DNA of 56,862 bases, filler included, from Candidatus Coatesbacteria bacterium (GCA_016927185.1; 3 parts of 3 records of this genome joined end to end with filler, not necessarily neighbours in it); one strand, 5' to 3'; numbered from the whole stretch's first letter, positions 29,218 through 39,342 are shown. The notes: a model not told the origin generated them from the letters alone. Numbers and translations are program-made.

Positions 29218-30168
29218 ATGATGTCACCAGTAGTTATTATAGGAATTTGGTTTGCTGCAGGATTAACACTCTGTATCTACTCCTTTTTATATAAAGACAA
29301 TGTCTTTTACAAAATAGCAGAACATGTTTATGTAGGAAGTTCAGCGGCTTACATTACTGTTGTAGCATGGTATAATATAATGGTTCCACAGGTAATCAGA
29401 CCATTGTTTTATGGAGATGTTAATACGGGACAGCATAGTTTCATCTTGATTATCCCTACCATTCTTGGAATACTTATGCTTACAAGATTCTCATCAAAAT
29501 ATAGCTGGCTTTCCAGAATACCCATGTCAATAGTATTTGGAATGGGTGCAGGAATGGCGATTACAGGTGTAGTTCAGGCTTTCATTATTCCTCAAATAAA
29601 AGATACTATTGCAAATTCACCAGTGATAAAGATAGGAGCTATGAAAATAAGCACTGACAGGAAAGATTTATTGATACTGCTTGATAACAAGGACATCACA
29701 CCAAAGGGAAATGAGATTACAGTAGGAAATCTGACTGCCACTCAGCATATGCTTATTGTAAAGGAATCAGCTGGTAAGTTGATTTTTGCAAAGCCAATAC
29801 TTGTTGCTTCAGGACAGACAAGCGAAGTAGCAATAGAAAAGGATGAAGTCAAAGTAATCAAGCAGGCAGACCCTAAGGATATGGCTAAGTTTCCTGGAAG
29901 GAAGAATAATTTTGGTTTTGCACTAAGTAACAGCCTGTTTCTTAATCTTGATTTCATACTTGTTTTTATAGGAGTTTTGACAACCCTGTTTTATTTCTAC
30001 TTTTCAACTCCACACACAGGGGTGGTGGGAAAACTAGCCAAGGTAGGTATTGGTTTCATTATGGTAAGTTTTGGAGCTTCTTTCGGATTTACAGTAATGG
30101 CTCGTATATCGCTTCTTATTGGAAGGGTACAATTCCTGCTTGTGGACTGGCTGCACCTTATTAAATAA
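29218..30168 (+). CDS. Conserved hypothetical multi-pass membrane protein with inserted PEGA-like soluble segment
   Basis: LTLCIYSFLYKDNVFYKIAEHVYVG, FGASFGFTVMARISLLIGR. Hydrophilic beta-rich insert in the middle. Confidence 0.75.
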   Translation: MMSPVVIIGIWFAAGLTLCIYSFLYKDNVFYKIAEHVYVGSSAAYITVVAWYNIMVPQVIRPLFYGDVNTGQHSFILIIPTILGILMLTRFSSKYSWLSRIPMSIVFGMGAGMAITGVVQAFIIPQIKDTIANSPVIKIGAMKISTDRKDLLILLDNKDITPKGNEITVGNLTATQHMLIVKESAGKLIFAKPILVASGQTSEVAIEKDEVKVIKQADPKDMAKFPGRKNNFGFALSNSLFLNLDFILVFIGVLTTLFYFYFSTPHTGVVGKLAKVGIGFIMVSFGASFGFTVMARISLLIGRVQFLLVDWLHLIK

Positions 30169-30194
30169 AACAGAATTACTGGCAGCAACAGCTG

Positions 30195-31517
30195 ATGGAA
30201 TTATTTGTATCAGAAGATGAATTACAGGCTTTCTTGCTTGTTTCTGAAGATGAAGCTGATTCAATCACCTTCAAAGGCATAATCAACTTTCTTGCAGAAA
30301 AGAAGATAATAGCTGGTATCCTTTACAACAATATAAAAAAAATAATTGATGATAAGCATTTCAACAAGAAGATATTAGTTGCCCAGGGTTCAAGAATGAT
30401 ACCTCTTGATAATACCTCCATAAGATTACTTGTATTTGAAGAGGAAACCTATAGTGATGGAAAAGCGGTTTGTGAAGGACATCCAGGAGTAAATGTAGTA
30501 AAAGGCCAGATTCTGGCAGTGAAAACAGGAAAAGGACAACAGGGCTTCAATATTCATGGTGAAATAGAACACATGCAAATAAAAAACGATATTCCTTTCC
30601 CTGCAGGTGATGGAACAGAAGTTCTTAAAACTGATAGCAGGATATTAGTTGCTTCATGGAATGGATTTGCAGTTTTCAAGGAGAACAAGATATTCGTGGA
30701 GAAGCAGCTTATAATTCACGGTAATGCAGATAAAAGCACAGGAAACATCTTTTTTGTTGGCAATGCAATTATTGATGGAGATGTTTCACAGGGAATATCA
30801 ATTGAAATATGGGGGAATACAAGAATTAATGGAAGAATTGATGATTCCATTCTAAAATCGTGTGGTGATTTGTTTGTATCAGGAGATATTCTGGAAAGTG
30901 AAATAGAAGTTAACAGTAATATAAACTGCAAATCGATAATTAATTCATCAGTAAAATCGAGAGGAAAAGTAGAAGTATCAAATAAAGTGAAAGATTCTGA
31001 GATTGTTACTTCAGACTGGATTGAAATAAAAGGAGAATTGATAAAATCAAGTGTTTCAGCAACAAAAGGGATAAAGGTATTCAAGGTGAAAGGAGAATCT
31101 AGCCTTGAAATCGGTTTGAATCCAATAATTGAAGCAGAAATTACTGATAAAGTCAGATTGCTCGAAGAAATTTCTACAAATAGAATGCTGATAAAAAAGA
31201 ATATAGAGATTTTAAAGAGGATTTTAAAATCAAATTATCAATATGATGAAGATGCATTAGCGAATTGCATAAATTTGATATCAAATCCACCACTTGATAT
31301 TGACCTGGGAAATAAGCTATCACTTAATCTATTTAATCTATATATGCTTGAGAAGAGAGAAGAGGAAGTAAGGAATGATTTGAAAGTGGAGCATGGAATA
31401 TATCCTGATGCCAGAATAGAGATTGAAGATTCAATAGAACCTCCCGTAGAAATTCTTCTTGGCAAGAAAAGAATGACTATTCTTGAAGACACGGGAAACT
31501 GCATTTTCACTATCTGA
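30195..31517 (+). CDS. FapA/DUF342 family protein
   Basis: V.KGQILAVK, G.NIHGE, AGDGT, GNADKSTGNIFFVGN..IDGDV beta-helix, C-terminal coiled coil. Confidence 0.8.
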   Translation: MELFVSEDELQAFLLVSEDEADSITFKGIINFLAEKKIIAGILYNNIKKIIDDKHFNKKILVAQGSRMIPLDNTSIRLLVFEEETYSDGKAVCEGHPGVNVVKGQILAVKTGKGQQGFNIHGEIEHMQIKNDIPFPAGDGTEVLKTDSRILVASWNGFAVFKENKIFVEKQLIIHGNADKSTGNIFFVGNAIIDGDVSQGISIEIWGNTRINGRIDDSILKSCGDLFVSGDILESEIEVNSNINCKSIINSSVKSRGKVEVSNKVKDSEIVTSDWIEIKGELIKSSVSATKGIKVFKVKGESSLEIGLNPIIEAEITDKVRLLEEISTNRMLIKKNIEILKRILKSNYQYDEDALANCINLISNPPLDIDLGNKLSLNLFNLYMLEKREEEVRNDLKVEHGIYPDARIEIEDSIEPPVEILLGKKRMTILEDTGNCIFTI

Positions 31518-31518
31518 T

Positions 31519-32388
31519 ATGCTTCCAGTAACTTTATATGTACCTTTTTATAATGCAAGCAGAACAATAGAGAAAGTAATCAAGGGAATTCTGGAACTTG
31601 AACCAAAACCTGAAAGAGTTATTTTAATAAACGATGGTAGCAAGGAAGAACTTCCTTTCAGAAATGATAAATATCCAATAGAAATAATAAGACATCCTGT
31701 TAATCAAGGGCTTGCAAGAGCAAGAAACACTGCATTAAATAATTGCTTGAGTGAATATATTGCCTCTCTGGATTCAGATGTGATACCAGAAAAAAACTGG
31801 TTGGGAATACTGTTTTCAAAAATAGACAAATCAGACAAGATTGCAGGTTCTGGTGGATACTTGAAGGAAGTTAACCTGGAAAGTATGGCTGACAGATGGA
31901 GAGCTAAACATAGAATGCAGCACTGGGGTAATTGTGAAATTCTAAATCCTGGTTTTCTTGCTGGTGCCAATACTTTATTCAAAACCAGTGTTTTGAAAAA
32001 GATTGGCGGATATAATGAAGAGTTGAGAACTAACAGCGAGGATGTAGATATTTCAAGAAGAATCATGAAAGAAGGCTTCGATTTGATTTATACTCCTGAT
32101 GCTGAAGCATTACATCTAAGGAAAGACAATATTATTAGTATTCTCAGAATGGACTTTGCCTGGTCACTTTTGTCATACAAAGAAGATGGTAAATATAGAT
32201 CAATCAAGGATTTATTAAGGCTGAACTATTTGAAAACAAGGCATTTAATGCATCTGGATTACATTGACAAAGACTATTCTTTCTTAATTATAGACATAAT
32301 CTTAGGTATTTATACTTTTTACAAAGATATAGGGGTTTATTCTTCCAATTCTGACAATTCTGAAAGTGCCGGATATTCAGTCAGATAG
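31519..32388 (+). CDS. Glycosyltransferase family 2
   Basis: VPFYNA, INDGS, NQGLARARN, LDSD, GGYNEE..SEDVD. Confidence 0.9.
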   Translation: MLPVTLYVPFYNASRTIEKVIKGILELEPKPERVILINDGSKEELPFRNDKYPIEIIRHPVNQGLARARNTALNNCLSEYIASLDSDVIPEKNWLGILFSKIDKSDKIAGSGGYLKEVNLESMADRWRAKHRMQHWGNCEILNPGFLAGANTLFKTSVLKKIGGYNEELRTNSEDVDISRRIMKEGFDLIYTPDAEALHLRKDNIISILRMDFAWSLLSYKEDGKYRSIKDLLRLNYLKTRHLMHLDYIDKDYSFLIIDIILGIYTFYKDIGVYSSNSDNSESAGYSVR

Positions 32389-33914
32389 TTCTTTTTTTCC
32401 TTTTCGGCAATTTCACATTCCTTTTCTAAACCATCAATTATCTTATCTCTGGTCCTGAATTCAGCTTCTCTTGTTTTCAGATTCTGATTGAGGGTTCTCA
32501 GCTCAGCTTTTATTTTTGCAAGTTCCTCAAGTTCATTAATAACCTCTTCCTTGATATAATTCCTCAATACATCTTGTTCATTTGTTTCCCATGCAACAAG
32601 CAAATGATCAATAATCTCCTTGATTTCAGCTCTTATGTCATTTTCCAGTTTTTTTATTTCCTGATTCTTGAATATTGATGTGATATGGCTTGAAAGTCTA
32701 TCCCAGAGTTCAGGGCTTTTCTCAGATTTCTCTATTTCTTCCTTGAGAAGAGTAATATTCGAGGAAATCGCTGTTATCCTTCCAACCTCGTTTTCAAAAC
32801 CAAGACTTGCTAATGCATCTCTCTCTTCAATTTGATTAAAAAAATACTCAAAAATTTCAACCTGCGTTTCCCATTTATCCTTCTCTATTTCCTTAATCTT
32901 ATTTCTTGTTTCTTCAATATCCATTTTTGTGGAGTTTTGCTGGGCTTCAATTTCTGAGAGTATTTTTCTTGATATTCTTAAGGATTCGCTTATGTCAGTA
33001 TATTGCCTTTCTAAATTTGAATAGAAAGATAATGCCTGTGTAATTGTTGAGGTTTTTCTATCCTTTAGATAGGTAATTGGTGATAAAGTTATTTGAGTCA
33101 GAACCAGAGGCATTATTTTCCTCTTTATATTCTGTGATGACCAATTGATAATTGCCTGTTGTCCAACAGCTACAGTTACAAATCCAGTGTTCAAAAGCAT
33201 TGCAATCCCAGGATTAAGATGATATTTGTCGTCTATTCCAATAGTATAACCCCAGAGATTATTGAATTTTCCCAGAGCAATCATGAAATCGGTGTATGCA
33301 GTCGTTCCTGAATAGTCAATCAATCTATAGAAATAGGATCCCAGTCTTTCATCAAGAAAGCTTTCCATCATAAGCTCTGGGCTGTAATTTTTTGCCGATG
33401 CTGCACCTGCAAGAAATGCAATCTGCTCCTGAGGTCTATCCTTGAAATAGTCTTTTATTGTATCAAGCATATAATCCCTGCTAGTATCTTTTATTCCCAT
33501 TATCCTGTTTTTAAGATTGACGAAAAATTTGTTAAGCTCCCATTCTACTAATTTATCAGTAGATGTCTCATCTTTCATTAATGAATCTGATTCAGATATT
33601 ATTTTCATAGTTTCTTTTACAATGGTTTTGGCATTTGATTGAAGATCAGCTTCTGCTCTGTAAACTGTATTGGGAATATTCAGTATTTGATTCCATTCAA
33701 AAAAGAGTTTTAAAATAAGTTCACCTTTGTCTTTGTTCAAATATTTATTCAAAGACGAAAATATGTCTTTCTGAAAAGATTCAGTATCTTCCCTGTTTAT
33801 GAAATCGAAAACTTTTCTTGTCCATATCCTTGTTGGTTCAAAATTTCTGAAAAAAACATAAATGGCTATTAGTTCTTCTATATCTCTTGCGATTAGTGAA
33901 TCAAAGAAATCCAT
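32337..33914 (-). CDS. Hypothetical protein with long C-terminal coiled coil
   Basis: 526-codon ORF, E/K/L heptad-rich C-terminal half. ATG 33914 after GAAAGGA. Confidence 0.65.
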   Translation of the reverse strand: MDFFDSLIARDIEELIAIYVFFRNFEPTRIWTRKVFDFINREDTESFQKDIFSSLNKYLNKDKGELILKLFFEWNQILNIPNTVYRAEADLQSNAKTIVKETMKIISESDSLMKDETSTDKLVEWELNKFFVNLKNRIMGIKDTSRDYMLDTIKDYFKDRPQEQIAFLAGAASAKNYSPELMMESFLDERLGSYFYRLIDYSGTTAYTDFMIALGKFNNLWGYTIGIDDKYHLNPGIAMLLNTGFVTVAVGQQAIINWSSQNIKRKIMPLVLTQITLSPITYLKDRKTSTITQALSFYSNLERQYTDISESLRISRKILSEIEAQQNSTKMDIEETRNKIKEIEKDKWETQVEIFEYFFNQIEERDALASLGFENEVGRITAISSNITLLKEEIEKSEKSPELWDRLSSHITSIFKNQEIKKLENDIRAEIKEIIDHLLVAWETNEQDVLRNYIKEEVINELEELAKIKAELRTLNQNLKTREAEFRTRDKIIDGLEKECEIAEKEKKNYLTEYPALSELSELEE

Positions 33915-34082
33915 ATCATTCCTTTCATTGTCTTCTGGCAAATAGCAATTTTCAAAGTGTTTTGTCAAGCAAAGATATTTGATTTAGTAATTATTCGACA
34001 ATATCAGGATATAGAATGCTTGACAAATTTGTTTGTAAATAGGCTTTAAACAGCTGGTTTTCATTGCTATCTGGAGGAATGT

Positions 34083-34337
34083 ATGTATTTAGCTTTAGCA
34101 AAATTTCTTTTTAGCAAGAAGCATTTCATGAAGTCAAAGAAAGTGCTAATGACATTTTTTAATCATTTAGGAAGAATTCCCATCTTTTTGGCAATTATAC
34201 CTGGAATCCTTATAGTTGTAGTTGCGATAGCTTTCTTTGTAATAAAGAAAATCAGACCTTCTTCTGAAAATCTTGAAGACAAATATCATAATCCTGAAGC
34301 TGCTCCAGATATTATTACTCCTGAAGATTCAGAATAA
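34083..34337 (+). CDS. Small single-pass membrane protein
   Basis: GGAGGA RBS, one TM helix, acidic tail. Start uncertain. Confidence 0.5.
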   Translation: MYLALAKFLFSKKHFMKSKKVLMTFFNHLGRIPIFLAIIPGILIVVVAIAFFVIKKIRPSSENLEDKYHNPEAAPDIITPEDSE

Positions 34338-34364
34338 CAAGATTAGATATTTTAAAGGACTAAG

Positions 34365-34493
34365 ATGACGAAATATTTAGTTCCCGGAATAATAATTTTA
34401 GCTGTTTTTGGATTTATAGGATTTATACTGTTCTGGTTCTGGAATGAAGAATATGCGGATAAAATCAAGTCATGCCTGGGAGCAGCACGGTGA
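34365..34493 (+). CDS. Small membrane protein (42 aa), absent from ORF track
   Basis: MTKYLVPGIIILAVFGFIGFILFWFWNEEYADKIKSCLGAAR, with AAGGA RBS. Confidence 0.5.
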   Translation: MTKYLVPGIIILAVFGFIGFILFWFWNEEYADKIKSCLGAAR

Positions 34494-34591
34494 TTTTCTT
34501 TGAACAGCTAAATGAGTGGTTATCTGATTATCTTAGTATTAGAGGGAACAAGCTTTTTATAAAGGAAGACATTGTAATAAAAGGCTGATGA

Positions 34592-34828
34592 ATGGCATAT
34601 AAAGCACCGTTAGGTTTAACGGAGCAAGCAGGTATTGAAGGAGAGTTTGTTGCAGCTAAATCAGACCTGGTAGAAATTTTCATAGAAAAAAGTCTTTACC
34701 TTAAAGTTCCCGATTTTACCAGCGAAATAAAATTTCACATTCAGGGATATGGCATGTTCAGAATAAAATTCAAGCCTTCACCTAAATCAAGGCAATTTGA
34801 TAATGTGGAGTTTGTTCTATTCAACTAA
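34592..34828 (+). CDS. Small hypothetical protein
   Basis: 78-aa ORF with plausible composition, convergent with the next gene. Confidence 0.45.
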   Translation: MAYKAPLGLTEQAGIEGEFVAAKSDLVEIFIEKSLYLKVPDFTSEIKFHIQGYGMFRIKFKPSPKSRQFDNVEFVLFN

Positions 34829-36334
34829 TTCCATTCTGCAGTTTTTCAGTTCATAAGGAGATGAAGTCATTTCATGTCCCTCTTTTCCAATTCTTAAAGG
34901 TTTCATGATAGTGAATTTACTCGCTGGAAGCAGGTAGAAAAACGTTTCGGGTTTATTTCTATCTGTTGATCTTTCATAGAATTTCAAATATATGAGATCA
35001 GAATCTCTCAGTTTTCCCCCACCTGCATAATACGAATTATCTAAAATATCGTATTCATTAAATATGTAAATTTTATCATTCAAATTCTTGCTTAAAAACA
35101 GCCTGTTTTCTTCAATGTGAATTAAAACATAGTTTCCCTGCCCAAGCGGAATTATTTCCTTTTCATCATACAGTCTATTCATCTGTATCCTCTTTACGAT
35201 TTTTCCTCTGTCATCAAGGATTTCCAATATCCTGCCATTCAAAGCATATCCACCATTTAGATAATCCAATGATTCATATAACATTATAATCATGCATAGA
35301 AACAAGGTTACTAACATGCTTATACATAATCTCTTTATTAAAAGGTTATTTTTCCCTTCCCTTTTAATTATCATATTTAAAGGTTTTAAGCTTAATATCT
35401 CATCGTTCAGGTCTTTGATTATTAATAAGCTATTTCTTCTGAGATTCTTTATGTTTGTTTTCTGATGAGATGGTAATGTATGGTATCTCAATCCTTCATC
35501 AGTAACAATCTGGCTTAATTCAGCTAAAGGAATATCTTCTATTTCCACTTTTTCATTTATTTCTCCATAAACAAGAGTGTCCTGGGATATTTCAAGCCTG
35601 AACACAGATTGTGATTTGTTTGCTATATGGCATAAATACAGAAAAAGGATAGGCAAATCAAGCTGAGACTGAACGGTAAGAGGCAGGTTTTCGAAAACAA
35701 GATGCTCTTCTTCGTTAACCTCAGTTACTTTATCATTCAGGATATTTCTAGCTATTTTCTTGAGATCATTCAATCTAGAACTCCATATCTTTGGATTCTT
35801 GTCTTCAAGATCAGGTTTTGCATGAAGCCTGAATGCAAATCCCTTTTCAAATAAGGTATTATACTGCAATGCAAAACATTTCAAACTACTGCTTGTGGAA
35901 ATTATGTTATGCCATTCATATTCCTTGTTTCTTATCCAGTCTTGGTATCCGTCTTTTATTATGCTTTGCTGAATCTCATGCACGCTTTTGGGGGAAACAA
36001 TACTATTATTGTTTAATAGTTCTCTTGCTTTTTCAAAATCACTGGACCTTACTTTTGCATAAGCAATAGTATTGTAAAATTTCCTTGTAAAATCACTTCT
36101 AAAACTATAACTTTCTTCTATCACCTTTCTGCATTTCTCAAGTATTCTTATTGATATGAAGTCTGAATTCAGATACTTGTTAAGCTCAAAAATAAGGCTT
36201 TGAAAAAGGAATTCTGTTTCAATGAAATCCTTTGTTTTCTCATATTCTTCAAGAATCATCAAAATTCTATTTATGTTATCATTTGTTTCAGCCAGAAGAG
36301 ACTTAAGATTATAAATACTAATCATAAAAAGCAT
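34817..36334 (-). CDS. Membrane-anchored protein with degenerate Lon-like (S16) domain
   Basis: Aligns with upstream paralog (QSQLDLP...TLVYGEINE). One TM helix followed by an extracytoplasmic domain. Confidence 0.5.
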   Translation of the reverse strand: MLFMISIYNLKSLLAETNDNINRILMILEEYEKTKDFIETEFLFQSLIFELNKYLNSDFISIRILEKCRKVIEESYSFRSDFTRKFYNTIAYAKVRSSDFEKARELLNNNSIVSPKSVHEIQQSIIKDGYQDWIRNKEYEWHNIISTSSSLKCFALQYNTLFEKGFAFRLHAKPDLEDKNPKIWSSRLNDLKKIARNILNDKVTEVNEEEHLVFENLPLTVQSQLDLPILFLYLCHIANKSQSVFRLEISQDTLVYGEINEKVEIEDIPLAELSQIVTDEGLRYHTLPSHQKTNIKNLRRNSLLIIKDLNDEILSLKPLNMIIKREGKNNLLIKRLCISMLVTLFLCMIIMLYESLDYLNGGYALNGRILEILDDRGKIVKRIQMNRLYDEKEIIPLGQGNYVLIHIEENRLFLSKNLNDKIYIFNEYDILDNSYYAGGGKLRDSDLIYLKFYERSTDRNKPETFFYLLPASKFTIMKPLRIGKEGHEMTSSPYELKNCRMELVE

Positions 36335-38441
36335 TCCTTGTTATTAAAACGCTTTTCTGGAATTTGAAACCTCTTATATCTATTGAAACACTCATTTTTT
36401 TCAGGTTTTCTGGGAATGTCTTTCTGTATCTGTCTGTGGGGGGGGTTAAGTTTACTTCAAAGCTCATCAATGGTTTATTCTTATGAAGAACACTTGCGTG
36501 AATAATTTCTGGAAGACAATTCCTGTCATAAGGCATAAGTCCTGTTTCTATAATGAAATCATCCAAATTATTGTAATCTTTCAAATCAAGATAAATTACC
36601 AGTCTTCCGTTAAGATAAAGGAATTTGAAGAAATCCTGATCAGACCACTTCAGGTTATCAAGATAGAGTATCTGAGTTGTGTTTGTCATGGGAGGAATTT
36701 GTATGGAAGTGATTATCAATTCATCTAATGCATCCTTTCTATCACGTCTTTTTATTTGAAGCATGACTAATCTGTCATAAATATTCTGGTCAAAGTTTGA
36801 TTTAAGATACCGGTATGAAATGATTTTGTAGCTGCTTTCTACGCAAAACGGATTGGAAAGAGCTACTGAATAACATGAAATGGTGTTAATGTCTTCATTT
36901 CTGCTGTTTATTAAAAAATAAGAACGATTATCAGATGTTTGTAAATCGCAGTCAATAATGAAAGGATATTTCCCAGGCTTCAAATCATAATCACTAAGTG
37001 AGTGCTCTTTGATATTCCATATTCTTATTTTGTTATTTTCAATAAAAAGTATGGAAGGCTTTCTACTCCAGTTTTCGGGTATTGTCATGAATTTTTTTAT
37101 GTTAAGATTATCAGAAAGTATCTCCAGTCTATATAAAGATCCATCTCTTAATGTTGTGCTAAGGATATTTTCATTATAGAAAGAATTATCTATTCTTTCA
37201 TTCCATGTAATCAGTTGCTTTGAGTAAATGAAAGCAAGATATGCAGATAAGCCAATAAGAACTCCCAAAGCATATTGAGATATAACAGACTTAATCTTGT
37301 TCCTTTTCTTGTATCTTCTTGCTGATCTCTCGAAAATATTCTCATCTGAAATCAATTGCCATACTCCATCAATATAATAGATGCTAATTTTGTCAGCAAG
37401 ATTGGGAAATTCAGTATTCAGCTTCTTGAATATTTCATCCTCTTCTTTCCTTGCAATCGAGGGGAAATAGATATTTGTTATTCCATTTTCAATGGCAGCA
37501 ACTATTTTATCATAATAGTCTGCAACAGAACTGAATGAACCATCTTCATTCAAAGCTGCACTTCCTGCTATATCCATGCTGTTTCTCAGTATAAATTCAT
37601 TTTCCCCAAATTGTGATAAATATGAGATGAATGAAGTAGTCAAACCGAAGCCAAGAGAGTTTCCATGAATACTTGGAAGGACATCCCTCATTGTGATTCT
37701 ATATTTTCTTGAATCAAAGTCATCATTACGGAAATTATAATTGTTTTCAGAAAGAGTCTTTTTAGCAATACTTTCAGCTCTTTCCGTAAACCGTATCATT
37801 TCTGGCTTGTCACTATGCAGGATATTATCAAAAAGGAAACAGTCTGGATGATATGAATCCTCGCCAGAAATTATTTTTAGAGGCAGACAAAAAGAGGCAC
37901 CTTCAACACCAGAATCAACCAGCAAGATATTTGCATAACCGATACTTGTTTGATAAACATTGTTTGTTTTCTCTATCAACTCCTTCAGTCTTCTCAGAAG
38001 AGCATCTGGGAAATCATGCATGGAAACAAATCTATAAAAAGCTTCTCTTTGCAAATCTTTTTCCAGATCCCTTTCCTCTGTAAAATCTGAAATTTCTGGT
38101 TTATAGCCAGTCAATTCCATAGCTCTTATGTAGAAAAAGTACGAGTTTTTAAGGTTCAGACACATAAACTCGCTATCTGCAAGCTTGAGCAAGTAAAATG
38201 ACAGTATTGCATTCAAGTTATCATCAAAGTCCTTTTCATTTATCTGCTCTAATCTGTAGATGATCCTCTTCAGGACAGCTCTTGGTATCTGGGTTGTTGA
38301 ATCAGTCTGCTTTATGTAAATCAGAAGTTGCAGTTTTTCTTCTTCAGACAGGTTCTTTCCTGTTTTCAAGAATCTTTCCAGCTCAACAGTAGTCAAGTAC
38401 AGATTCTTCTGCAGGATGTTAATGGAACTTCTTTCTTTCAC
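36318..38441 (-). CDS. Membrane-anchored protein with Lon-like (S16) Ser-Lys protease domain
   Basis: IHGNSLG...IAGSAALNEDGSFSSVADYYDKIVAAIENGITNIYFP matches the Lon P-domain pattern. One TM helix. Start uncertain (GTG 38441). Confidence 0.65.
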   Translation of the reverse strand: MKERSSINILQKNLYLTTVELERFLKTGKNLSEEEKLQLLIYIKQTDSTTQIPRAVLKRIIYRLEQINEKDFDDNLNAILSFYLLKLADSEFMCLNLKNSYFFYIRAMELTGYKPEISDFTEERDLEKDLQREAFYRFVSMHDFPDALLRRLKELIEKTNNVYQTSIGYANILLVDSGVEGASFCLPLKIISGEDSYHPDCFLFDNILHSDKPEMIRFTERAESIAKKTLSENNYNFRNDDFDSRKYRITMRDVLPSIHGNSLGFGLTTSFISYLSQFGENEFILRNSMDIAGSAALNEDGSFSSVADYYDKIVAAIENGITNIYFPSIARKEEDEIFKKLNTEFPNLADKISIYYIDGVWQLISDENIFERSARRYKKRNKIKSVISQYALGVLIGLSAYLAFIYSKQLITWNERIDNSFYNENILSTTLRDGSLYRLEILSDNLNIKKFMTIPENWSRKPSILFIENNKIRIWNIKEHSLSDYDLKPGKYPFIIDCDLQTSDNRSYFLINSRNEDINTISCYSVALSNPFCVESSYKIISYRYLKSNFDQNIYDRLVMLQIKRRDRKDALDELIITSIQIPPMTNTTQILYLDNLKWSDQDFFKFLYLNGRLVIYLDLKDYNNLDDFIIETGLMPYDRNCLPEIIHASVLHKNKPLMSFEVNLTPPTDRYRKTFPENLKKMSVSIDIRGFKFQKSVLITRNAFYD

Positions 38442-38503
38442 TAGTTTAAGCAGATTGATATTCAATGGTTTTGTCAAGGATAATGTAAAAACATTTTTAA
38501 GAC

Positions 38504-38535
38504 AAAAAAAAGGGGTGCCTGAAACACCCCCCTTT
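38504..38535 (-). terminator. Rho-independent terminator
   Basis: Minus strand GGGGTG-TTTCAGG-CACCCC followed by T8, just after the 38554 stop. Confidence 0.8.
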
Positions 38536-38553
38536 AGACGTCTTAACAGAGAT

Positions 38554-39126
38554 TTATTTCTTCTCTGGAGCTTTCTTTGGTTCTTCTTTCTTTGGCTCTT
38601 CCTTCTTGCCTTCGTCCTTTGTTTCTGGAATATCAACCTTTTTCAAATCAGGTTGATCAGGTTGATTCTTCATCTGCTCTGACATCTGTTTCAGCTGCTT
38701 GACAGCTGCAACTGCCTGATCAAGCTTCATATTGATAACCCATTTGCCATCTTCTTTTACAAGCTCTATCTTGTCTTTCTTGTCTGCGCCTTTTTCATCT
38801 TTTGCAGTAATTTCAACTGTAGCTTTATCGCCTTCAACTGTTTCGTTGCCTAAGGAAACATTAGCTGTCTGTTTTTTTAATGCCTCACCAAGATCAAAAT
38901 CCTTTGCAGCTCCTGAATCTTTTTTCTTAAGTTCATCCATCATAGTCTTGATTTCCTTGAATGCTTCCTGGTCTGCTTTGCGGCAAAGCTGCATTGCAGA
39001 ATCAACATTCCCTGATTTTGCTTTGTCTATGAATTCTTGAACCGTTGCTTTTGGACTTCCCCCTCCGCATGATATTAATGCAAAAACAAAAGCCAAGGCT
39101 AAAACAACTACTACTAACCGCTTCAT
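38554..39126 (-). CDS. Lipoprotein, DUF4878/NTF2-like
   Basis: Lipobox LISC, SPKATVQEF, ETVEGDKATV, LVKEDGKWVI. AGGAGG RBS. Confidence 0.75.
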   Translation of the reverse strand: MKRLVVVVLALAFVFALISCGGGSPKATVQEFIDKAKSGNVDSAMQLCRKADQEAFKEIKTMMDELKKKDSGAAKDFDLGEALKKQTANVSLGNETVEGDKATVEITAKDEKGADKKDKIELVKEDGKWVINMKLDQAVAAVKQLKQMSEQMKNQPDQPDLKKVDIPETKDEGKKEEPKKEEPKKAPEKK

Positions 39127-39342
39127 TAAACTACCTCCTGAAAAGCTTTTATGATTCAGCAATCTATATATCTGCTAAATCATCGTTCTGTAACAAATTT
39201 TAGTACTTTTAATATTAAAACTATAGCTGCTGCAATAGTTAAATATAGGTTTTTAAGTCAAGATATTATATTTCTGAAACCAGAAAACCTTTCTAAATAA
39301 TAATCAAAAAGAATCTCACACCAAATTTCAGTCTTAAATAAT

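Noticed and set aside
38442..38636. Basic N-terminal extension of the 772-aa ORF
   Set aside because: Overlaps the upstream lipoprotein gene in another frame and crosses its terminator.
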